Below, piece after piece: positions 43,261 through 64,000 of a stretch of 64,000 nt of DNA; position 1 is the stretch's first letter, and every line of letters begins with the position of its first letter. This stretch comes from the human T2T-CHM13v2.0 reference genome, Homo sapiens. The translations under genes were made by a program, and so were the position numbers. The stretch is taken from the NCBI RefSeq assembly GCF_009914755.1, contig NC_060935.1; one strand, given 5' to 3'. Below the pieces are notes generated by a model. It was not told the origin of the DNA and made no database searches. It saw only the letters and a list, made by a program, of their open reading frames with translations.

Positions 43261-43748
43261 GACTCGCTCTGTACACAGCTCGATCTTGGGAGGCTTCTCA
43301 GAGGGACCCAAAAGGAGGGGGAAGCAGATGGAAGCCCAGAACCTAGGAGGAGCCCCAGATGGGCTGAGCTCAGACTGAGGAGCCCCAAGGCCACCACACA
43401 CTCATTTCCATTTACTAGTTAATCTCTTTCCCCCACCCATTCATTCTACAGAATTACCAGTATTCCCCATCTCCTCCCTTCCCCCCTGGAAACAGGAGAG
43501 TCCAGCATAATAAGGAAGCCCCCTCTGCTCTAACCCTTAAAAAAAGGAATCTGAAGTGACCTGATGTTAACTAATCAGGTGTTTTTTTTTTTTTTCTATT
43601 CTGTTCCCTTTCCCACCTATGAAACCCACTGCTCTGCTATTTCCCAGGGGAATTTGAGACCAAATAAGTCTATTTACAATGGTAACTGATGTCAATGTCT
43701 AAAGTTTCCAACCTCTCAAAATCAAGAGGTTGACCAAAAGGGGAGAAG

Positions 43749-44755
<1,007 letters not shown>

Positions 44756-44975
44756 TGAAGAAGGCAGTCTCAGCTGCTGACCCTTCTGAGACACTGGTGA
44801 CTCCTTTGAGCGGGGGCATGTTGGTTTTGCAAACATTTCACTTGGTACAGAATGTCAGAGTGACTCCCATTGACAGCACCTGTTTGAAAGCTAGGTTGAA
44901 ATTGTTTCTGAGGGTTAGGGAGGGCCAGGGCAGATGACCTTAATTTTTTGTCATAAGCCTTTTTGTGCTATGTGA

Positions 44976-45281
<306 letters not shown>

Positions 45282-46759
45282 TGCTATGTGATTTTTAACT
45301 CTGCATGTGTTTCATTTCTGAAGGAAAATAATTAGGAAACACTATTGATGGATTAGCTTGAGTTTATATCCAGCAATCTCTTCACTGATTAGTACCATGT
45401 TGGAAGGTGGGACATGGACATGATGGCTGGAGCAAGTGTAGTCATCTTGAACCATGAGGCGACCATAGGAATAGAGGCCACACTAGTGGCACAACAAAAT
45501 AGAAGGAACCTGAGCCCTGATTCCGTAAAGGACCATGACACCACTGGACGGCTGCCTCTGGGCTCTGTGTGAGAGGGAAATAAACCACCTCGTGTCACTG
45601 TTGTTTTGGATTTTCTGTCACTTGTGCCCTTTAAGTCTTAGACTCTACTTCTGGAAAGCCCCTATATCCTAAGACTGGGTAACTTCCCCCCTTGTATGTT
45701 ATTCAAACACCCCACCCTTCAGCCCTTTCTTAGCATTCTCTACACTTTTCTGTAGTTGACCTTTCACTCCCCCTAGATAGTAACTTCTCTAAGGACAGGC
45801 AGAGACTCTATTTTATACATCATTTTATGCAGATGCTGGAAACTGCTAACGCTAAAAAAAAAAAAAAAAAGAAGAAGAAGAACTTGTGAATGTGACAGAC
45901 ATGATGATTCTACCAAGGGTGTTGAGGGGAAATGACACACTGCTGCCTACGCTCTCTCTCCGTGTCCTAAGTCGTTGCCACATTATCTTCTGGGGCCACA
46001 GGGTGCTGGCCCTCCTGAATAACCAAAGATAGAGAATTAGGACGAAGGAGGGAGGAAGAGAAAATTGCAGGAAATTCAAGTCATGGGAGGGAAGTGGCAT
46101 TGGGAAAAAGGGTGCTCTTTCTATTTGGTTCCTGCTATTTTCGACTTTGGGCCTTTTGCAACTTCCCTTGGCTCTAGCCCCTCCTCCAGTCCTGGTCTCT
46201 TATCACACATACACCTATGTTCCCACGTTCTATACCTCAATTACACCCAATTTCATTCATAAGTGGAGTGGCCCTGATTAATGCAAAATTTTTAAGAAGT
46301 TATAAACACAAACAACCCCAGTTACAGAAGGGGGTACCTTACTCTGTTTCTCACATTCACTTCATTCCTTTGTTCATTCCACATGCATTCACTGAATACC
46401 CACACTGCTAAGACCTGCGGATACACAGATGAACAGATACCCTCTCCAGCCTCAAGGATGTCACATTTTTGGTTGAGATTGGAGAGAAAACAAAGTATCT
46501 CTAGCCCAAGATAACTCAATCCTTCAAATGACCCTGATCAGGAACAAAAAATATGACACTACGTTGAAGTATATACATTGCATTGCCTCTCTACCCCCTT
46601 CTAAAAAGTGAGGGTTTCATTTTGCTTCTTTGCTTGCTTGTTTGCTCAGCTGCTCAGCCCTGGACCTTGTCATACTGGTTGAATGGACGGACAGGTAACG
46701 TAAACAAGTAAGGAAGACAAGACAAGGAAGTTAAGAGTTCGAGGTAATGAGACATTTGA

Positions 46760-47126
<367 letters not shown>

Positions 47127-47268
47127 GGAAGAGCAGTTTTTAAAGGAAGTTTTGCTATGTGGCATGTAGAATCTCTAGTTTGGTCTTCAGATGATTGCCA
47201 GTGAAGAGTTACTTTATCTTTTTATCTCTAGAGTTGGGAGTCAGATCTCTCTGGCTGGTTTCTCACTT

Positions 47269-48868
47269 TTTTTTTTTTTTTTTTTTATTGACCATTCTTG
47301 GGTGTTTCTCGCAGAGGGGGATTTGGCAGGGTCATAGGACAATAGTGGAGGGAAGGTCAGCAGATAAACAAGTGAACAAAGGTCTCTGGTTTTCCTAGGC
47401 AGAGGACCCTGCGGCCTTCCGCAGTGTTTGTGTCCCTGGGTACTTGAGATTAGGGAGTGGCGATGACTCTTAACGAGCATGCTGCCTTCAAGCATCTGTT
47501 TAACAAAGCACATCTTGCACCGCCCTTAATCCATTTAACCCTGAGTGGACACAGCACGTGTTTCAGAGAGCACAGGGTTGGGGGTAAGGTCATAGATAAA
47601 CAGGATCCCAAGGCAGAAGAATTTTTCTTAGTACAGAACAAAATGAAAAGTCTCCCATGTCTACTTCTTTCTACACAGACACAGCAACCATCCGATTTCT
47701 CAATCTTTTCCCCACCTTTCCCCCTTTTCTATTCCACAAAACCGCCATTGTCATCATGGCCCGTTCTCAATGAGCTGTTGGGTACACCTCCCAGACGGGG
47801 TGGTGGCCGGGCAGAGGGGCTCCTCACTTCCCAGTAGGGGCGGCCGGGCAGAGGCACCCCTCACCTCCCGGACGGGGCGGCTGGCCGGGCGGGGGGCTGA
47901 CCCCCCCACCTCCCTCCCAGACGGGGCGGCTGGCCTGGCGGGGGCTGACCCCCACTTCCCTCCCAGACAGGGTGGCTGCCGGGCGGAGGGGCTCCTCACT
48001 TCTCAGACTGGGCGGCTGCCGGGCGGAGGGTCTCCTCACTTCTCAGACGGGGCGGCCAGGCAGAGACGCTCCTCACCTCCCAGACGGGGTCGCGGCCGGG
48101 CAGAGGCGGTCCTCACATCCCAGACGGGGCGGTGGAGCAGAGGCGCTCCCCACATCTCAGACGATGGGTGGCCGGGCAGAGACGCTCCTCACTTCCTAGA
48201 TGGGATGGCGGCCGGGAAGAGGCTCTCCTCACTTCCTAGATGGGATGGCGGCCGGTCAGAGACGCTCCTCACTTTCCAGACTGGGCAGCCAGGCAGAGGG
48301 GCTCCTCACATCCCAGACGATGGGCGGCCAGGCAGAGATGCTCCTCACTTCCCAGACGGGGTGGCGGCCGGGCAGAGGCTGCAATCTCGGCACTTTGGGA
48401 GGCCAAGGCAGGCGGCTGGGAGGTGGAGGTTGTAGCGAGCCGAGATCACGCCACTGCACTCCAGCCTGGGCACCACTGAGCACTGAGTGAACGAGACTCC
48501 GTCTGCAATCCCGGCACCTCGGGAGGCCGAGGCTGGCGGATCACTCGCGTTTAGGAGCTGGAGACCAGCCCGGCCAACACAGTGAAACCCCGTCTCCACC
48601 AAAAAAATACGAAAACCAGTCAGGCGTGGCGGCGCGCGCCTGCAATCGCAGGCACTCGGCAGGCTGAGGCAGGAGAATCAGGCAGGGAGGTTGCAGTGAG
48701 CCGAGATGGCAGCAGTACAGTCCAGCTTCGGCTCGGCATCAGAGGGAGACCATGGAAAGAGAGGGAGAGGGAGACCGTGGGGAGAGGGAGAGGGAGAGGG
48801 CGAGGAGGGAGAGGGAGAGGGCGAGGGAGAGGGAGAGGGAGAGGGCGAGAGCGAGGGCGAGGGAGAGC
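47269..48868 (-). mobile_element. Full-length SVA retrotransposon (SVA_D-like), ~1.6 kb
   Basis: Read on -: (CCCTCT)n hexamer ~48782-48867, Alu-like domain, GC-rich VNTR ~47785-48380, SINE-R, AATAAA at 47284-47289, poly(A); 14-bp TSD CTGGTTTCTCACTT at 47255-47268 and 48869-48882. Confidence 0.96.
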
Positions 48869-49019
48869 CTGGTTTCTCACTTCTGCTTCCTCCTTGTGGC
48901 TCCCACGCTGTGCCGAGCCATTCAGCCTGCACAATCCAGACAATGGATTTGCCTCTGAAGTAGGGGCTGGCAGCTGCCTACAAAATTATCCGTTCTCTGT
49001 TTTTCCTTAAAAACAGTAC

Positions 49020-51140
<2,121 letters not shown>

Positions 51141-51914
51141 AGCAGTTGAACCTGCAGCCTAATTCCTGGATGTTAGCCTGGTTTTGACAATTAGAGTTAT
51201 GGCAGGTAGAGACCATGGACTTATGAACAAGTCAAGTGAGATCCCTGCCCTCAGGAACATGTGGTCCAGCCGGGGGTTCAGAAAATCAGGCCGGGGCAAA
51301 GCCATATGGCAGGGAAAGCTTCCTGGTGCTCTAGGAACTCATAGCTGGGGTCTCAGTGGCTGCCTGAAGGAAACTGTCTCAGGTCAAGCTCCCCAGAAGT
51401 AACCAGTGAGATGAGGTTTCATGTACAAGTGATTTATTTCAAAGGTGGTTCAGGAAACCAGTGAGGGAGGGAGCAGGGAAGCAGGACTGGGAAGGGGATG
51501 AAGCCAAGCCAAAGTGTGATTTTATGCAAGTCCTGCAGAGGGAAGCTCCAGCCTGATCCCACAGGGGAGCCCTGGAATGTAAGTCATGCCTGAAAATTGC
51601 CCCAACCTAAGGCAAGCAAGCTGGGCTTTCACATTCCCACCTGTACCCCTCAGTCATTGGCTAAGGGCCACCCTACACCTGTGGGCCAATGTATTCTATT
51701 CTCCAAAGACAAGTCATAGGTGCCATGAGAAGCAAAAGCACCTCAAACCCCGTGAAAGTGCAAGCTCAGGTGATGTTGGGATGTTCCACACCTCTTCTAC
51801 TCCTATCAACATCATATCAGGAATCCTAAAAAGGCTTTGAGGGAGAGAGCCTTTCTGGTTCCCAGTGGCCAAAACCCCCTCAATGGAACAGAAAAGACAT
51901 AAAGAGATTCCCTT

Positions 51915-53450
<1,536 letters not shown>

Positions 53451-56400
53451 TAACATGGCACTTACCCCTCTATTTACCTCCCCATTCTCATTTAACTTCA
53501 TCTTCTAAACACCGGCTTGGGTGGGGGTTTTCTTCAGTACAGTCCTAGAATACCACAAAGCCATTAATTGTCACCTGTCACCCTCAAAGCACTGCCCTAG
53601 CCTGCAGTATTAAATATTCATTCATTCTTTCCTTCAGCCATGAGAACAGGAAGGAAATTAACATTTCAAAACATTACACGCCTCTTCACCCCTGCAAGGT
53701 GCTTGTACATAGTTCAAATAACAAGCTTAAGTTGATAACAGAAGTTGTTATCAAATAAAAGTTAAATCCGCCTCCCTATAATTCCCAGTCTTTGTCCCTA
53801 TGCTACTCTGAACATTTGCTATCGAATAAGTCTAGTCCCTTGTTTTTGCAAAAAACTTTTAGATATTTGTGGTTGGCCCTCAAGCTCCACCGAAGTCTTG
53901 ATTTTCCAGTCTAAGCAACCCCTCAAAATGTCTGTCTGGTCTCCATCTTCCCCACCTCCTCCCACCAACCCTTTCTCCCCAGTCTCTCTCTTTCCAATGA
54001 AAGGGAGGGTTGGAGACCGGAGGGCCTGACTTTCACTCACTGTCCAGTGCTTCCCCAACCCGTTTCTCTGGCTTCCCTCTCTGTTTGATGTTTCGTGCTT
54101 CCTTCCTCTTCTCTTGGCTCTGGCGCCCTTCTCATGTTTAAACCTCACTTTCCTCTCTTCTGCTCCCTTCTTTGTAGGCTCATACCTCATCCACCCACCC
54201 AAAGCTCCTCATTGCCTACAGGAAACATTCCAAGTGCCTAACCATGGCACTCAAAGCCTACCATGATGTAGTCCTTGCTCTCCTTCCCCATGTTAAGCCG
54301 TAAATCATTAGCAGTGTTCTCCAGAGTTTCCTAGTCCTCATTCTAAAACCATGTTGAATTATACTTCCATAATCCCTTGAAATTTGGCGTCACTTGGGCC
54401 AATGAAGTGCAAATAGTGGTGACCCATTTCACTCCTGCAGACACTTCTGATGTGGCCGGTGCATGAGTTGGCATATGCCTCTCCCCCTGCTGTGGCCACC
54501 AGTGACACCATAGATGGTGAAGTCTCCATCGGTCTGCATCTCTGAGTGAAAACGTCTCAAACCAGAGCCCTAGATGACCTGTAATGGACATATAGGGAAA
54601 GCAAAAGAGAAACCTTCTTATTGTGAAATTGGGTGTTGCTTGTTACTGCAGCATATACTGCCCATGCTGACTAATATCATGCATCAACTGGGCCCATGAC
54701 CCTTACCATCTAACCTTACCAGGTGACTTACAATCCTTTAGGTCTATTATCATGCCAGTGCTGCCCTCTTTGGTGTTCCCTCCTCCCCATGCCCATTTGG
54801 CAAAGTTCTCTCATCCACTGAGACTCGGCTCAGTTGCCACCTCCACTAGGGAGACTTCCTAACTTTCCACCTAAGGCAGCATTGGGCATCCTCTTTGCAG
54901 GATGCCCAGGGCATGCCTCTATTGCAGTGCTGCCACATTACCTTTCTAAATGTTTTGTTTCCTGGACTTCAGGGCCACTGCTAGCCCATTTGGAGCCTTC
55001 GTTAGATTCAGAAAAAGCTGGCCTCCTCCAGGTGGCTGCAGCTGCCCAGGTGCATGGCTCAGCAGTGAATCATGACCTGACTTCAGGTCTTCTTCCCCCA
55101 TGGCCTGACACCTGTGTTCTGGGCACAAATTGTACAATGTCCTCCATGGCCCTGTCTGCAAGGCTATTCATAAACAGCGAGCAATTTATGAACTTGGCTT
55201 CGAGCACCCTCAAGTGTTCACTGAAAGAATGAATATTTCCTAATAGATGAGACCTGTCCTCAATTATCCCTTCCTCCTCCCACCCGTCCTCTCCTCCTTT
55301 TGTTCTGCCTCATTTCCTGACCTCCCAAGCCCAGTACTAATGAGCTGCAGAGTGGCCAAGAGCCTAGAATTTGTAGTCAGACAGACCTAGTTCAAATCTT
55401 GACTCTACCACTTACTTGCCATAAATCCTTGAGGAAGTTACTTAGCTCCTCTAAGCCTCAGTTTCCTCATCTATAAATTGGAGACATTATCAGCTTCACA
55501 GGGCGCCCACAAAGAGCACATGGGAAAAGGCGTTCAATAGGTGTCTCCAGGGCTCCTCCAAGTCAGGCTCTACAGCTGGGAGACCAGAGTGGCCATGGAA
55601 GGCATCACTGAGGAGGGAACATTGAGATGATGGCTGAATAGCCATCCACGCAGAAAGCTGGGAGAAGAACCTTCTGGACAGGGAGAACAGGAATTGCAAA
55701 GGCCCAAGGTAACCAAGTTCAATAAAAGGCTACTTTTCCATCTCCAGTCTTCCGTCCACACCCGAACACACCATCGTCAACCAGGCCATCGAGGCCACAA
55801 GTTACACACCATGACCTCATCACACACTTGATTTGTTGACTCGGAGCAAGTTACCAGCAATGAATTATCAACCCCTTTCCCAGAATGGCAAGCCCTGGGG
55901 CTATGTGCAAACTGAGGCGGGAAAATAAGAGGTGTCAATAGAGCTGAGTTTGCTCTGGGCCCAGGGCCATGTAGATAAGCTGGTTATCATCACCAGCTCC
56001 AGCTCCAAGAGGCACAGTGGGTGCCACTGCCACCACCAGGAACCCTGGGGTTTGCTTGTCCTCCTGCTGGAACGCCCAGCACACCCACAGGGCCAAGAGG
56101 AAAGTAAACGCTCTTGACTAATCTCCCCCAGTGCTATCACAGGGGCCCCCCGAAGGTGGCTGCTCCTTTGGCAGAGTCTGGTTCTTCCATTCCTTCTTGG
56201 AAGATGGCCATGGGGCATCAGCACCTGACCATGATGTCTGGTGGCTAGAATTCAACTTGAAATCAGTTGAGACCCAAGTAATGCCCAGGCTTTCCCGGTG
56301 GGTTTTCCTTGCTCCATTCTTTGTCTCCATACAGTGAAGCCCCCAGAAAGCATGAGTTGTTCATCCCTCATCAGGGCCTTCAAAGTTCCAAGGTCTTTCT

Positions 56401-58391
56401 TGAGCCTCAGAGAGGCAACAAGTCCTTGAATGCACCCTTGTCTGACCCTCCCAACTCAGCCAAGAATCCCCTAAAGATGAAATAGAACATTGGGTTTCAA
56501 TTGTCGAAGTCTGACCAGAAGATGTTCCTTACTCTAAATACAGGCCAGTGTCACACCAACTTACAAGGGTCAGTGTGTTATGAACAAGGAGGGGAAGCTG
56601 TGGGGCTGCCAAGCTGGGCACAAGTCAAGCACTAACCGGCACCACTGCCTCCTGCTTCCTGGTGCCACTCCAGCCGGGGCTGCCCCCACTGTGTCTGGCA
56701 GCTTCCAATATTGCTTTCCTGCTGCCATAAGATGGCAGGTCTGGCAACAGAAGTGGAGCCGGACTTAAGGAGAAAGAGGAAGGAACTTCAGCTCTGGCAC
56801 CTGCAGACCCCCGAAAGTGACCTACGGAAGCTGGCAGCAGGGACTGCAATTGAGCATTCTCTCACCTTTCCCTTCTCAGAGCTCCCCAAGCCTATGCCCA
56901 GGTGGGAAGAGGATTACCTGAGAGCCAGAAGCCCCGGGTCCCAGCACTTCACTAACCTACCTTGCATCCCTTCTGTAAATTATACACCCCAGCTCTCAGT
57001 TTCCCCATCTCCGGGATAACAGACTGGACTTGTCCAAGAATAGCAATCATTCCCAATCCAGTGCCGACGCTGGTTGCTAGAACACGTGGCTGAAGGGATT
57101 GTATGTTGCTCGGGATTCTGGGGCCACATCCAGTGGTAGGGGGTGCTGTGGTTCGCTGGCAATATCTGCCTTGGACTCAGAATGGAGCATGGTAGACCAG
57201 GTGCCACGTCACTGACATGCAGGAGCTAAAGGACCTTTGCACCCCTGCCCAATGGAACATTCCAGCACTTGGATTCTGTGGGATGAGATCTGACAGCCAT
57301 AAGGCAGAAGTTACCAACTGGGAAGCTCATGGATTCTTCAACAGAAACTCGAGTCAGGCTGATGAATTACCTTTACTAAAGGAATGAATAACAATAAAAA
57401 AAATTCTAGGTCCAAGACGTGCCAAGAAAGGTTAGATATATTGGACAATATTTTAAAAGGAGAGATGTTTTGGGTGACCTGCTATTTTGCTGTCCAGCTT
57501 GAGATGATGCCAATGGCCACAGAGTAATAAAAGGGCCACTGAATATGGCCTCGTTCCCATGGCTCACCAGCAGTAAGCATCTCTACCACCTCCATGTCTG
57601 GAGCAGGAATTCCAGCAGGAAGGACGCAGCCTCCAGAACCATTTGACCAGAAGATCCAAGTGCGACTGGACTGCTGGTAGGTACCACAGAAATCCTAGCT
57701 CTCTCCTCCCCACAGCTGGCTGTTCTCTGTTTAAACTTGACTCACTGCATATGTCCCACTGCCACAGGAGGCCCTTTTCCAATATCTTGTTCCGCTCTGC
57801 AGACCCTCTGTTCATGCCCCTGGGCTTCTCTCCCATCCCAGTCTGTCTTGCATCCTGTGCAAGCTGCCCTCCTCTCTGTTATTTAGTTATGAATCCCTCC
57901 TCCCTTCCCTTCAAAACACCTCCACTGCTTCAGTCTTTGGCTCCCTCCCTATCCGGGCCCCTGCCCCTTCCCTACAGATGATACTAAAGCAGACAAAGCC
58001 AGGGAGGGAGACCCCCATTTTGTTGTTTCTAAAAATGTTCTCATCCTTTCCACTTCCAGGCCCTGATACGGCTCCTCAAAGTCTCAAGCTGATGATCAGA
58101 CAACCTCGAGGGGTAGTGGTGGGAGACAGCAGGACGAGGGCCGGAGCCGTGGGCAGGGGAGGCTCAGGAGCAACTCAGCCAGTGTGGGGCCCACCCAGGT
58201 CGGCCTTGCTTGGGACCCTTGGGATACCACTAAAGACAGAAACTTCAAAATGGAAATGTTTTCAACTTATTACAAAAAAGGTTCAAACATAAAAGTAAAA
58301 ATGAATAGTGTCATGGACCTCATATTCCATCACTCAGCATCAAGAATTACACTGTTTCTGCAAATCCTTGTTTTATATACACACTCCCCCC

Positions 58392-59372
<981 letters not shown>

Positions 59373-59434
59373 GACTTTTAGTAGATAGCAGTCCCCCTTT
59401 ATATGCCATTAATTTATTTATAAAGTAAGTGTAT

Positions 59435-62780
<3,346 letters not shown>

Positions 62781-63188
62781 AGGGGGAGCATGGAGAGGTC
62801 ATTTGTCCTACAGGATGTCCCACGTATGGGATTTGAATGATTGTTTTTTTGTTCCTTTACCTACATTATTTCCTATGCCTGGTCATGAGATCTAGACTTG
62901 AATTCAAAATTTTAATTAAAATACTTCTTAGGTAGTTCCATATATTCCCTATTGTATCACATAAAGAAGCACATAATTTCTGACTGTCTCACTCTTACAG
63001 ATGCTAGATTAATCCGCGGGTCCTGGTGTTATCAACCTAATCCATCCAATCCTGAACTTACCCTTCAACCTTCCACCTTACGGTTTTGGCATCTGTTGAT
63101 GATTTTTGCCCTAGATCCATTGTTTCATTAGAAGTTGCAAAACAATGAGTTCCAAATTCTACCATTCCTTCTGAATTTAATCATTGGA

Positions 63189-63782
<594 letters not shown>

Positions 63783-64000
63783 AGGAATTTTTTAATAAAA
63801 CAACTTTTTTTCCTTATTCCTTAAACTGATGTTTGAAAAAAAACTTTTTAGTCAACTATTTGTGATTACCCAAAATATAGTTCATATAGAAAAAATTAAC
63901 ATAAGTATTGATTATAGTTTCCCTACGTCTACTAATAAGCTGATGTCCTGTGATATCCCATGTTGACAAATTTGGGCAGTAGGGGTAAAACTGACACAGA

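Noticed and set aside
42502-43401. Several long overlapping ORFs up to 299 aa
   Set aside because: Stop-codon depletion in a CpG island; Arg/Gly/Pro low-complexity products
47457-49010. ORFs with repeated LLTSQTG and GRGR/SPSP units; superficially array-like repeat
   Set aside because: SVA VNTR and hexamer; no unique spacers and no cas genes, so neither a CRISPR array nor a gene
55748-55814. Acceptor-like ttttccatctccag followed by coding-looking LPSTPEHTIVNQAIEATSYTP*
   Set aside because: Too short, no linkable upstream exon and no recognisable homology; would need tBLASTn or PhyloCSF support
56980-57836. Short - strand ORFs and a CTG|gtgagc donor near 57570
   Set aside because: No recognisable protein in any frame; a lncRNA exon is possible but cannot be supported from sequence alone

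Overview
Human genomic DNA, recognisable as the CD5-VPS37C locus (11q12.2). The + strand carries CD5 exons 4-11 (Pro/Thr hinge, SRCR2, SRCR3, transmembrane segment, cytoplasmic tail, and a 3'UTR with several poly(A) signals). The - strand carries the complete VPS37C gene (ESCRT-I subunit, 355 aa, 5 exons), whose CpG-island promoter lies at ~42.6-43.3 kb; the two 3' ends converge ~2.4 kb apart. The rest is repeat-rich intron and intergenic DNA: about 30 Alus, old L1s, MaLR/ERV LTRs, hAT-Charlie and MIR relics, a full-length SVA with TSD, a short L1PA2-type insertion and a nested AluYa5 fragment. I found no prokaryotic-type system (CRISPR, defence operon) and no convincing new protein-coding gene. 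The best leads are: a RUNX/E-box/ETS motif cluster in CD5 intron 5; a pair of CTCF motifs between the two genes; an in-frame candidate upstream exon for VPS37C; three young retrotransposon insertions with readable mechanistic signatures; and the CD5 Pro224-Arg461-Val471 coding haplotype. Exon boundaries were read from splice sites. Repeat boundaries and subfamily names were judged by eye and are approximate.
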